Notes: generated by a model from the letters alone, not told the origin. 63,552 bases of DNA, filler included, from Octopus bimaculoides (GCF_001194135.2; 6 parts of 6 records of this genome joined end to end with filler, not necessarily neighbours in it); one strand, 5' to 3'. Shown: positions 36,554-49,968, counted from the first letter of the whole stretch. A program made the numbers and translations.

Positions 36554-37424
36554 CATATGTTTACACACAAATATACACATATGCATATATTATTTTCTCT
36601 GTCGGTATATAGAGAACTGTAGTTTCTAACATATCCTTTCCTAATTTCAGATGGTGGAGTATAATCTGAGGGAAATTAGGTGTTAAAATTCAGCAGGCCT
36701 CTTGCATATGCAGAAACCATCCCACGCTGTCTGCAAGAAAAGTTTGGTATTGTCATGTAGTCCTAGATAAGTCTTATTCGAAATTTTATGCTAAAAGGCA
36801 GGCATTGCAGTTCTAACAATCCCGCCGTTTGTATATCAAGCATTGTACTGTACAATGTCGCTTTTATTTAAGGATACGATTTCTGAGATTTTGGACTGCA
36901 TTCGTCTGCGTTTTTGAGCAATAACATGAAGTGTTGTGTGAGTTTACCAAACCATAACATGTTTGTTGGTAAAAGTGTTTGGCGTTAAGTCTGCGATAGT
37001 TACAATATGTAAATTCTAATGTTAATGTAAATACATAGACTTCAGACAAACCTAAAACGTATAAATTAAATGAGTAAATATGTACAAAAACAAAATCAAT
37101 CCCACAATATTTTAAATTTCTTTTTAATTTGAAATTATATATTTTTTTCTCTACCCATAGTTTTATCGGATTTTTTCAGTATAGTTGCGCGAAATTCTCG
37201 CCTTTTAATGGCTGTAAATAAGTTTCGAAATTCACGAACTTGTTCAACGTTAATGCCTTTGAGAAAGTTGAAATAGTTTGCTAAGTAATGAGAGAGACCT
37301 AGTTCATTTCTAGCTCCCGAGATATTGATGAAATTCCGTTTGTTCCTGAAACAATTACTAATCTATTTACAAAGGACAAGATTTACTGAAAAGATTGCTA
37401 TCGATACATATATATGTACATATG

Positions 37425-37755
37425 GGCGTGGCTATTTAGTAAAAAGTTTGCATCTCTATCACATGGTTCTGAGTTCATTCTTTGGACAAGTGTCTTCTAC
37501 TATAGCTTCTGGCCAACCAAATCGCTGTGAGGGAAACTGAAAGAAACGCATCGTATATGCATATACGTCTATGTGTGTGTGCTTGTCCCCACCAGAGCTT
37601 GACAACCGGTGTTGGTGTGTTTACGTCCACGTAAATATAGCGGTTCGGCAAAAAGAAACTGATAGTATAAGTACTAGGCTTAAAGGTCTATTCATCAAGG
37701 CGGTGCCCTAGCATGGCTGCAGTCTGATGACTGAAACAAGTAAGAGATAAGAGTT
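37425..37755 (+). mobile_element. SINE family B, near full length with deletions
   Basis: Head, core and tail gactgaaacaagtaagagataagag all present. Confidence 0.82.
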
Positions 37756-37793
37756 AAAATATACACATGCAGACACACATACATACAAGCACA

Positions 37794-37828
<35 letters not shown>

Positions 37829-40800
37829 GTGCATGCAAATAAAACAAATGTGAGCAAAGGAATATAACTCCCCTTTTGAGGGGGAGAATAAACGAATGCT
37901 TTGGGCAATTGCATCTGTCTCCAAATGAAAAGGGGCGTAGTCTTAATGATCACGAATTCTTCGAAATTGGCATACCTTCATGAAAATATACAGTTTGATT
38001 ATCTAAAGAGAAGAGAACAACTTTTGACTCATATTTCTACCTCAACAAGCATTATGAATCGTGTAGCTGTTCTACCTTTTATCCAGCCTTAGGAGAACTG
38101 AAGGCTCTCAAACCTTCGCTTCGGGGGCCTCTAAGACTGTTGATATGAATAGATGAAGTTATTCTCAGATCGGGGCCGAATGCTTGTATTAATACACTCC
38201 ACAAAACGTTTGCAATGGCCAAATGATGGTGTTAAGACGGGTGACGGATTATGTCTACCATCCACAATAGAAGAAGTATTATGAATTTGTCTCTATCCTG
38301 CCCTTGTATTTTCCTGATTAGCTATGTGCACAGGATTCTCAGTTCAGTATATTTTGCTTCATAACATGAATGCTATTTAAAGGGAAATGGATGTCATAAT
38401 ACACAGTTCCTCTTGCGAGGCATTGTCTCTACTCAAATGCAATTTGCATAAATGAATATATTTTAAACATACATTAATTTCTGTTTTGTCTTTGTTGTCT
38501 CATTATGGAACAGTACATATTTTACCTTTATTATAGTTTTCAAATGACAAGAAGTGAATCTGAAAAATCAATTATAATGCATTTTCAAATTAAAGCATGG
38601 TGCTTTCTTAACAGTTAAAATAGCTTATTCATGACAAGGGAGAAAGATTATTTACTGTTATGGAGTAACATATTCCATCGGTCACCATTTTTATACCACC
38701 CTCTGGCACTTGGATGCCTTTAACAAAGTCCTCACTTTCGCAAGGATTCAACGCAGGTCCCTGTATTGAACTGAAAGTTTCTGATTTGTTTCCTCTAAGA
38801 AATATTTTTTTCTTTTCTCTGATTCTCCAGTTTTGAAGGCCTGGCTGTGGTCATGGATGCTGGTACACCTTCTCTGACTAAGCAATACAAAAGCAAACAT
38901 TTTATATCTTCAGCATATGTGATAGGCCGTTGTATTAATTATTTTCCACAGAAAAGTCTAATATATTTCTTCAACAAATCGATTAAAGGGAACATGTAGA
39001 ATTGCAGATATCGTTTTATAAAAACGACTGTGTTTAAACCGTAAATCTACCTCTGTTTTTCACAGCTAACCAGTATGCATTCATGCACATTAACTTTCTG
39101 ATTTCCTCATCAATACTTTGGTAAGAAGTTTGTAATTTCCTGATGATATCAGATAATATAATTATGTTTGTAGTTGATTCCTGCTTTTAACGAAAGAATT
39201 ATAATATTAGTTATTACCCAATATTTTTGTTTTACTCACATGATTATTTCTAGCCAGCTCCTTAATGTTTCGGTAATTAAATGTTAACATTATCTTAACT
39301 AATGTGGTTCCTGCAGTTATTTCTTATAAGGAGTTTCTGTAATTATTTTAAGCCAGTGATTTTAACTTTTCTTCTTTTTGCTTCTTTTTCCTTTACTACC
39401 TCAATATGATCGATTTCTTCAATATATAATAAGAGAGCAAGCTTCTCAACAAAACCATATAATGCTTAATATTAATAGTTTCGTATTAATTTATTCGTAT
39501 CCCTAAAGTCAACACTAATCAAGGTAAATTTACTCAGTGCAGCTCACAATGAAGAATTTTTCAGCCTAAAATCAATTTCTCCAGCGAAATTCTCAATTAA
39601 TTTTCCCGAGGAAAAGTTTTCTTCTGGATAAGAATTTTAATTTTCAGCCAATAAACAGAGGATCTTATATATTTAGTAAGTATTTCTTGCTACTTCGACA
39701 AGTGTTTTAAAAGTTAAAGCCATGATTATGAGTTTATAAAGTAACGAAAATTGTCTGGAGTATCCCAAATAATCAAAATATCCGAAATATTAAAAATAGC
39801 CAAAATGATATTAAAAACTTTTTCTTAGCGTATATTTAATTCTAGTTTCTTACAAATGACTGTTAACATTACATAAACAATTACTTCTTTTAGTAAAAAG
39901 CAAAATATTTATTCGCTCGGGGTGATGTTAACACCAACTTATCTACAACCACAAATTTTAACAACATCAAACCAAGCATTTCATTTTTGCAAATAACTTT
40001 TAAAGTCTAACAAGCAGCTTTATATATTTATGCAAAAATTCCCGCCAAAACAGTTGATTTCTCATATGCAAGAGACTTTATACACAACATTCACTAGTGT
40101 ATAGATTTTCGCTTCTGTTGTGTTTATATTTAAGAATTTAAATTATTTTATCGTTCAACGTTATCATTTATATGCTTGAAAAAATATACAAGTCGCAACA
40201 TTCCATTTCATTTTGCTACAATTAAATATTTGTAATTAGTTTTTATTTCTAAATATTTTTTAAAATTTTCGTTTAAAATGAGGTTAATACACTTTTGTTT
40301 GTTCTTATTTCGTTTTGTCGGACTTAAACTTTGAAAAGTTATGTCCTATATTTATATATTAATAGAAAAAAGAATGTGAAACAATCTTAACTGTTTATTT
40401 GTTCCCATAATAATCGTTCCTCGCTATATCTATATTTCCTTTACTCGGAAAAGTTTAGATTAAAATAACAGTTGTATCACTGCAATACATGTGTGTGTGT
40501 TTGTGTGTGTGCATGTGTACACTCACATAAGAATGTTTGGTCGTGAAATTCAGGTTACTGATTTTATTGGTCGTGTTGACGACTACGACGACGACAACGA
40601 TGGAGAACTTGTTAGCTTAGAATTTTTATCAATGATTTCCCCATATCAATGTTTATTCCCTAATTCTAGGATTAAAGATCTTGCGATCTTGCTGTTTTTA
40701 TCTAGGTCACCCATGGGAGCAAACAGCAAGATCAATGACATTCATTGCGTATAGATTTTCGATACAGTCCTAAACATATTTTGGAATTCTCAGTCTTTTA

Positions 40801-40866
40801 TTCAGACAGAAGTCATTCAGAACCACATTGTCAAATGTGTGTTCTATGTCGAGCAACAGTCTAGAG

Positions 40867-41216
40867 TCTAGGAACTCTCAACCATTTTCTATCTATGGAC
40901 TCCCTTGATTATTATTTTATTCTAGTGGACCCCCATAGTCATTCAATGTTTAAAAACTAGTTTAATAGAAACTTCTTTCAAAATTCCTATTTTTGTTTTT
41001 CACGCATTAAGTAGTGTAGGTTGAACTATGTAAAATATTAGAGAAAGTAATCTAGCTGTTTTTTGCAATACATACCAATACATACATTTAAAGCAAAATT
41101 TTCAAGGACCCTTAAAATATTATTGCGGATCCCCAAATTAATATTTTGTTGCGTGGACCCCCCAAAATCTTATATAGCTCCTCAGAGGCCGCATGGACCC
41201 CGGTTAAGTATCACTG
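40867..41216. mobile_element. Degenerate hAT/Charlie-like MITE
   Basis: Left end ..actctcaacc; right end ggaccccggttaagtatcactg; internal ggacccc units; flanks gtctagag and gtctagac resemble an 8-bp TSD. Confidence 0.5.
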
Positions 41217-43199
41217 GTCTAGACGCTCATTGAGAGTAACTCATAATATATTTATAATATATAACACAATGCATATTTATTCCATATAATACACAGCCGT
41301 TGCTTGAAGTCAATATACCGTGCATTCTCATTGGTCCACTGAATTATTTCACTATTCCAGAGTGCCAGAAACATTTATTAAAGCCATTAACTGTTTAGAA
41401 TTCAGATTATTCTGTCAAATGTAATGTTTATTTATTCATATTATTTTGAATTAATCATGGCTTATCTCATAGTTCTAAGATTTCAATGATGTGATTATTT
41501 ATTTTCCCTGTGACATTGCAGCATAAGTGAGTGAGGCATGATCTGGCCAGTTTGAACATAAAACATAAATGATGTAAATAGAATTAACCTGGTGCAATAG
41601 ATATGACGAGCGGCTGACTACATAAAGGCAATAAATCAATTTTGTAGCTACACTTAAAAAACTACAGCAACAACTATGAAAGCAAACTGGAAAATAACTA
41701 GCATACTAGAATAATCTGGCAACTAGTCATTTCACATTGATGCAAAAGTATAATTTTTGCCATCACATTAAAGATAAGAACCTAAATTAAATTTCAGCGG
41801 GAATGGACAGTTATAAACCCAAAAGTGGAATGTAGAAGCCCCGTGTGGCATGTCCCTGTGTTTTCTAGGAAAGCGGAAGTATTCAAAAGACTAATGTTTT
41901 AGTTGACGGTCTAAGCTGAAGGTATTCAGTGTCATTTGCTTTTAAATGAAAACCTCAAATCCCATTTACAATTATCTTATCTCTATAAGGCACTATTTAT
42001 GACATCAGAGAAAATCCATTAACAACAGTTTATTTCAGAGTTAATTAAAAACGCTTACAAACAAAGGAGATACTCAAATATAATACCAAAGCTTATAAAG
42101 ATTTTATATAAATAATTCATTACCCCAACCTAAAATGACATTCATTAAATTATTTTATGAATTGTGGCGAGGTTTTTAAAGTTTGTGTTGGACATATAAA
42201 TGGAAACGTCGTCATTTATTCAGTACATTTGTAGTTGCATAAACGTATACGTCTCAATGTTGTTGATGTTTTTGTAGACTTACACAATGAACTTAGTTTT
42301 GTACAGGACAATTTGTAGCAAGATTTGTACAGGAACACTTTGTGGGAGGCATCCTTCGCAAGTAGTAGTATAGTCCAAACTGGAACTAGCCTCGTTCCAT
42401 CCTTAATTCCAGGGGTTTTCGTCTCCGATCATGAGCAGTAATCCGAATGCTCTCTTGGAAATCACTCCTTTTGAACTACTTATCCATGACATCATTCGCT
42501 GTAGGTGTCACCCTAAGTACCTCTAATTTTCATTCTCAGAGGATCGACCTTAATATCATCTGTGAAAGATTCATTTAGTACTGCTAGCAGGCAAAATACA
42601 TCACTTCTATCAGTTCCGGTGAGATATATCGAGTGCTAGCGGCAACTGCGAAATCTCTGATAAGAAGCTCATGTTGTAACCTGCTATGCTGTCTAAGCAA
42701 AAAAAAAAAGTACGAAAGCTATTGCCTTGATAGGCGATTCTCCTAACACTTGAGAAAATGCAGTTGCAGGAAATCCCTTTCAGGTTTTGAATGAAATATA
42801 AATTTCTGCTGCTAAGATTTTTTTTCATGGTGTCATGGAATTTTCTCAGAAGTATTATTCAACACTTGTGTTTTTTATATGAAGCATCCCAAGGGTTGGT
42901 TATTGAAATGTACGGTAAATAAATAGTACCATTGCATGAATATTCGCCTCATTTTAAGTGAATTGTCCTAATTAACTGTCATCTCTCATACTGAGCACTT
43001 GATTGATGACGTTACATGGCAAACTTATCACCTTGAAACTTTATAGTTAAAATGTATGAAAACGTTTCATTTTTATAATCTGTATTTGCCAAAACGTTAT
43101 TTAAGTTTCCTGGAAACATAGAGATATCAGACACCGCTGTCATGAATAGTTCTTCATTTCTATCTCGTGTCACATTGTGCCCAGCCTAACTAATGTAAA

Positions 43200-44400
43200 A
43201 GGATTTTTGATGGTATCCTATACACAGTACATGATAAAATAATTCTAAATACTATTACAGATTGTTATTCAAGTGAAATTGGCATAATCCATTTCACCAA
43301 CATGTTTTCACAATATTCTAGTCAGCAGGAATTGCTATGTTGATGAAGGTCTATTTCTTGGGCTCCTTCAGTAGGAGAGAAATATTTGGTCGGTCAGGTT
43401 ACATCTTCTCATCTGTAGATTGGCATATCCCACGTGAATTTCACCTGATCATTTTCTGCTATAGGCAAAGTTTGGTGCTCGTACATTTCGTTGGGACGTT
43501 GTAGCCCATACTTCCTAAACAATTCTCAGTGTGTTTGTAATGCCACTTTGCTATGGCGTTTTTTAACTCCTTTTGGGACAGCTTTGAGTTTCTGCTATGT
43601 ATTGGTCTATCTCGGATGATTTTCAACATAATTTACACAAAGGCGTTTCTACTGCCTTCTCGACATTGTATTAGATATAGGTCCTTGAGGCAGCAAGGAT
43701 CAATTCTTCCGTCTTCTTCTAAAATTCATGTCTTAACAATCTCTAAGACTCTTCATCACCTTCTGTCTATGTTTGTTGGAAAAACTCTTTGTGTAGAATT
43801 TTCTCTTTCCAGTTAATTTTTTCTTCATTAGTCCTGCATTTTTTACCCCTGAAGAAGAGCTCCATCGTTATTTCTTATCACCTTCTCACTCAGTGCAGCC
43901 TCCACTATTCTTTCTTCACTATCTCTAAGACTTGCTCTCAAGAGCACTGTCCTCTATTCCAACCAATCCTCTTCTACCTTTCTAGATAGGTAAAACTTTG
44001 CTACATTATTTCTAGCATGAAATCACCTAAGCATGGCTGTTATCTTCCTGGTTATTCCAGCCATGCAGATCAGTCCCACCTATGTCCATTCCACAACACC
44101 CGCACAGTGGTGTACCATGCTTACAGCCCAAGCGTTGATGCCTCTGATCAGGTTTCCTTCATTCTGCTCAAATCGACATAGCTTATTCACTCTTCTGATA
44201 TATGCAGATGCAATCTTTTCCTTCATCGTGGTGTTCATCATCTGGCCTAATCATAAATACCAAAGATACTCGTAACCTTCTCTGCTAATTTCTCTTATAC
44301 GCGCATCATTTAGAAGTTGTGCTTCATTACTGTCAACTTTCTCCCTCTCCTCAGTTCAAGAACAGTGCATTTAGCTTGACCGAATGCCATCTGGATGTCA
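43200..44400 (-). mobile_element. Older R4/Dong-like non-LTR fragment, heavily decayed
   Basis: Minus frames GNLIRGINAWAVS..AGVVEWT..RK..FHARNNVAKFYLSRK, KKTEELILAA..TPLCKLC, YEHQTLPIAENDQVKFTWDMPI, and RPNI..IAIPAD. Confidence 0.75.
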
Positions 44401-44600
44401 TGTGAGAAAATTCGTAAGGCTTCAATAATGGAATCGAGTTGATGTCTGTTAGCATTGTAAAACTTCTACACTTCTATGAACAGCAGATAGTTAATTGGTT
44501 TCCTGTTCTTTTGCAATTTGTAATCAGCTCTCATCTTCAATACCAGAGATTGCCGCAACATGCTAAAGATCAACACATACATACACGTACACACACACGC

Positions 44601-44688
<88 letters not shown>

Positions 44689-44710
44689 GAATTATTTTAT
44701 CATTATTATT

Positions 44711-45332
44711 TTTCTTTATCACAAGTTTTGTTGGAGCTCCTGGAGTCTTGCATGCGTGGCGGGCTTGCTACCTGCAGCCTACGGTACCATATTTATCCGT
44801 TCTTTTCGGCTATCTACTGCTTCCCGTTTATTCTGGCCGTGTCAAAGAGGCAAAACTTTTGTAACAGTTGTACCGGGCATTCTATTCCAATTCTCGTTAT
44901 ATTCTTTATGTTGCTTTCTGATACTGTTCCCAAGAACCCAACAATAATAGGCACAACCTTCGCCTTCTTTATTTTCCACAGCCAGGCTATTTCGTACTTA
45001 AGAGGGTTGTATTTATCTATCTTTTCGCCTTCCATCTTGATTATTCGTGGGTCAAAGGGGCATGCAACATCAATTCTATAGCATATGTTTTGCACCTTGT
45101 CCATCACTACTAGGTCTGGTCTGTTATACTCTAGCACCTGATCTGTTTGGATTGCGAAATCTTAGAGGATTTTGCTAGTCTCCGACTCATCCACTCTCTG
45201 TAGTTTGTGCTCATACCTCGTCTTGCCTTTCTCTAGCCTCCACTTTTCGCAGTTTCCAATGTAACACTGCCGCTACCTGATCGTGTTGCGACAACTCATA
45301 ATAGTTTGGGGCAAGTCTAGGGCAATCGTTCG
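44711..45332 (-). mobile_element. R4/Dong-like 3' fragment with restriction-like endonuclease domain
   Basis: ORF 44814..45137 contains RPDLVV..IDVACPFD..EKIDKYNPLKYEI..VVPIIVGFLGT (PD-(D/E)xK pattern); TAA-rich flanks on the sense strand. Confidence 0.88.
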
Positions 45333-45335
45333 TCA

Positions 45336-45394
<59 letters not shown>

Positions 45395-45525
45395 TCTCTT
45401 TATTACAGGCTTTGTTGGAGCTCCTGGAGTCTTACATGCGTAGCGGGCTTGCTACCTGCAGCCAATGGTACTATGATTTTCATTCTTCTCAGCTATTTAA
45501 TACTTTCCTGAGTATTTATGTTATC
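45395..45525 (-). mobile_element. Second copy of the same R4/Dong 3' end (last codons and 3' UTR)
   Basis: Homologous to 44711-44830 (ttgttggagctcctggagtctt.catgcgt.gcgggcttgctacctgcagcc); minus frame ends ILRKVLNS*. Confidence 0.85.
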
Positions 45526-46204
45526 TAAGTTGTTGTCTCCACTTTCTGTTTGTTGAAGCTCAGCTCAACATTTAGCCTTTTATCTAAAATCTATCATAGA
45601 ATATTTCCCTTTAGACTTGTGGAAACATAAAACACTATTACACGAATATATACATTATATGTATATATTATTAATGTACATGTGTGCTATGTATGAGGAG
45701 GTATGTGTGTTTTTGCCTTTCTAGGTTTCATGTTTGTTTATATGTAGGTATATATTGCACCGAAGATAGATATGCTTACCTAAGCATATTACATAGAATA
45801 GAGTTACAAGTCGTATCGTAGTTGCCATTATACGAACAGCACAAAGCTAAAATCTGTGCAGTTTCGTCTGTTTACTTTATTTATCGGTCTACACATATAC
45901 ATATATACACACTAAATATATACATGTGTGTGTGTGAACATGTGCCACAATATATGTATACATACATGTGCATTTACATATCTATATATACATATGATAC
46001 ATATATATATATATATATATATANNNNNNNNNNNNNNNNNNNNNNNNNNNNNNNNNNNNNNNNNNNNTTAATTAATTAANNNNNNNNNNNNNNNNNNNNN
46101 NNNNNNNNNNNNNNNNNNNNNNNTATATATATGCATGTATGTACGCATGTATCATATATGTGCAGGTAATTATGCATGTATATGTATATGCATTTATTTT
46201 TTAT

Positions 46205-46410
46205 TTTTGTTTACTCGTTTCAGTCATTAGACTTACGGCCATGCTGGATACCGCCTTCAGGAATCTTTAGTCTCGAAAAAATTGATTTCGGTATTTATTG
46301 TGTTGTTTAGTCTGTTTCTGCGAAGTGTGGTAATTGACTGAACCGCTAAGTTACGGGAACGTAAACACACCAACACCGGCTGTCAAGCGGTGGTGAAGAA
46401 CAAACACAGA
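46205..46410 (-). mobile_element. SINE family B 3' tail
   Basis: Reverse homology to 27320-27510. Confidence 0.75.
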
Positions 46411-46510
46411 CATAAAAAGGCATATACACACTAATAGATATATATATACATATCTATACATATATAAACACACACACACACGCACGCATACACACACACG
46501 CACACACGCA

Positions 46511-46555
<45 letters not shown>

Positions 46556-47424
46556 GCATATATATATATNNNNNNNNNNNNNNNNNNNNNNNNNNNNNNN
46601 NNNNNNNNNNNNNNNNNNNNNNNNNNNNNNNNNNNNNNNNNNNNNNNNNNNNNNNNNNNNNNNNNNNNNNNNNNNNNNNNNNNNNNNNNNNNNNNNNNNN
46701 NNNNNNNNNNNNNNNNNNNNNNNNNNNNNNNNNNNNNNNNNNNNNNNNNNNNNNNNNNNNNNNNNNNNNNNNNNNNNNNNNNNNNNNNNNNNNNNNNNNN
46801 NNNNNNNNNNNNNNNNNNNNNNNNNNNNNNNNNNNNNNNNNNNNNNNNNNNNNNNNNNNNNNNNNNNNNNNNNNNNNNNNNNNNNNNNNNNNNNNNNNNN
46901 NNNNNNNNNNNNNNNNNNNNNNNNNNNNNNNNNNNNNNNNNNNNNNNNNNNNNNNNNNNNNNNNATATATATATATATATATACATGTACTCCTCATTAG
47001 TGACTCCAATTTCTTCAATTTTATATTCATATACAATGAATGCTCAAATTTAAACTGGGAAATTCTCAAGGTGGACTAGCTTTATACTGTACTCTTCCAC
47101 GTTCCTATCGGAATATACCATAGCTAGAAATAATCTCTGCGTTTTTTTTTTCAATGAAGAACTAAAGATAAGCAGACACAATCTTTTATATCTCTTTGAC
47201 CAAACCATCAAACGTTGAAATAAACTGTAAACAATACCTAAACTGTTGTCATTCTTGTTGTTCAGCTCTAGGTCCACCTTGATGGTACAGACTAATGATG
47301 TAAACTTTCTAACCATGGCAATTTCATCAATGTATAGAGCAGAACTTATCACAATATACAATATCAAATTTAGTATTTGGAGGGATAATAGCTTTAGTAC
47401 ATACAAGTGCGCAAGCAAATGAAC

Positions 47425-47604
47425 CTATGGTCAAATACTTTTCATCTGTAATAATACCGTCTTCCTTTCCTTAACGACTGAACACTTAAGACTCCATTAC
47501 CAGACATGTCCTTCGTTTCTAAATCAGAAATAGTTTGACTTCACAGCGACTTCGCTGATATTTTGGACTTCAAAATATCAGTGAAGTCGCACTTAAGTCA
47601 ATTC
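47425..47604 (+). repeat. 180-bp sequence duplicated exactly at 49700-49879; contains a 67-nt hairpin
   Basis: Manual comparison shows identical text at an offset of 2275 bp. Confidence 0.92.
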
Positions 47605-48269
47605 GCACTCAATTCTCGATATCAGCGCCCGGGCATAGAGAAAAGATGCTCTGCTATATGTTTCGTGTTTAGTATTCAAGTGACAATCGTGATCTCGAGT
47701 ATCATTCATCTATAGTCGTAAGTACTCTGCCTGTTAGATATATGTTATTTTACTTTAATACATAGGAAAAAAACGCATTCTATAAACGTAGCGGTGTCTG
47801 TTCCTTTATTCACTTGTTTCGATGTTTTTCTTTTTAGCGATGCTGAGGTTTCAATCTCCGTTGGTATCACAATTTCCATTGAAAGCGGGCTTTCAAATCG
47901 TCTCTGCTGGACTCTGAGACATTAAAATCTAGAGCTTCAAATAAATATCTACTCGTACATATACAGACACACACACACACGTGTGCCGATATCTCCATAC
48001 ACACTGTCCAATATATTTCCCACCATGTCTTCGCTTATACTCGGTGGATTCATAAGCCGACATATTTAACACATTATCCCGCCTCATCAATTTTTCTTAA
48101 GATTTATAGATTTATTTTCTGTCCGCTTTTTGGTTTTGTGTTTTGGAACAATGTACATCTCTCCACAATATAATTAATGGTAATATATCTATGTGTGTGT
48201 GTCTGTCGGTTTCCGCGTGCGTGTGTCTGAGTGTGTGTGTGTAAATGTAGATATACATATATGTACGTC

Positions 48270-48301
<32 letters not shown>

Positions 48302-49699
48302 NNNNNNNNNNNNNNNNNNNNNNNNNNNNNNNNNNNNNNNNNNNNNNNNNNNNNNNNNNNNNNNNNNNNNNNNNNNNNNNNNNNNNNNNNNNNNNNNNNN
48401 NNNNNNNNNNNNNNNNNNNNNNNNNNNNNNNNNNNNNNNNNNNNNNNNNNNNNNNNNNNNNNNNNNNNNNNNNNNNNNNNNNNNNNNNNNNNNNNNNNNN
48501 NNNNNNNNNNNNNNNNNNNNNNNNNNNNNNNNNNNNNNNNNNNNNNNNNNNNNNNNNNNNNNNNNNNNNNNNNNNNNNNNNNNNNNNNNNNNNNNNNNNN
48601 NNNNNNNNNNNNNNNNNNNNNNNNNNNNNNNNNNNNNNNNNNNNNNNNNNNNNNNNNNNNNNNNNNNNNNNNNNNNNNNNNNNNNNNNNNNNNNNNNNNN
48701 NNNNNNNNNNNNNNNNNNNNNNNNNNNNNNNNNNNNNNNNNNNNNNNNNNNNNNNNNNNNNNNNNNNNNNNNNNNNNNNNNNNNNNNNNNNNNNNNNNNN
48801 NNNNNNNNNNNNNNNNNNNNNNNNNNNNNNNNNNNNNNNNNNNNNNNNNNNNNNNNNNNNNNNNNNNNNNNNNNNNNNNNNNNNNNNNNNNNNNNNNNNN
48901 NNNNNNNNNNNNNNNNNNNNNNNNNNNNNNNNNNNNNNNNNNNNNNNNNNNNNNNNNNNNNNNNNNNNNNNNNNNNNNNNNNNNNNNNNNNNNNNNNNNN
49001 NNNNNNNNNNNNNNNNNNNNNNNNNNNNNNNNNNNNNNNNNNNNNNNNNNNNNNNNNNNNNNNNNNNNNNNNNNNNNNNNNNNNNNNNNNNNNNNNNNNN
49101 NNNNNNNNNNNNNNNNNNNNNNNNNNNNNNNNNNNNNNNNNNNNNNNNNNNNNNNNNNNNNNNNNNNNNNNNNNNNATATATATATATAATTTACATACA
49201 TACATACATGTGTGTGTGCGCACGTGTATGTGTGTGTTTGTGTCTATGTATACGTCGGAAGAGAAACGTTTACAATACCATTACAATTATAGCCATACTT
49301 ATATACTAAGTACACACACGAACCAAAAGTATTGCGATCTAGATATAATCCATCTTCATCTGAAACCAAAGCTAACGTGGTTATTGTTATATTAATGTCA
49401 CATTTATATCGCTCTATTATGAAAAGTGGTAACAAAATGGCCGCCAACAAAAATACAAGCGTGTGCGCCAGTAAAAATTTACAGTTAGGTGAATGACGGT
49501 CTCGTATTTTAAATTTGCCTCGATATCGTTTATTTAACGATATGCAACAAACGCATCTGTGTACGTATGTATTGTTTGTTTGTATATATGTATGTATATA
49601 TACGTATGTATGTATGTATGTATGTATGTATGTATGTATGTATGTATGTATCTATGTATGTATGGGTGTGTGTGTCTGACAGTCTGTTTCTATATCTAT

Positions 49700-49879
49700 C
49701 TATGGTCAAATACTTTTCATCTGTAATAATACCGTCTTCCTTTCCTTAACGACTGAACACTTAAGACTCCATTACCAGACATGTCCTTCGTTTCTAAATC
49801 AGAAATAGTTTGACTTCACAGCGACTTCGCTGATATTTTGGACTTCAAAATATCAGTGAAGTCGCACTTAAGTCAATTC
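49700..49879 (+). repeat. Second copy of the 180-bp duplication
   Basis: Identical to 47425-47604; set between TCTA-type repeats. Confidence 0.92.
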
Positions 49880-49890
49880 TGTCATGTCTG

Positions 49891-49968
<78 letters not shown>

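Noticed and set aside
36680-36770. VLKFSRPLAYAETIPRCL, loosely like a trypsin-fold segment
   Set aside because: No catalytic motifs or consistent splice frame; similarity is too weak.
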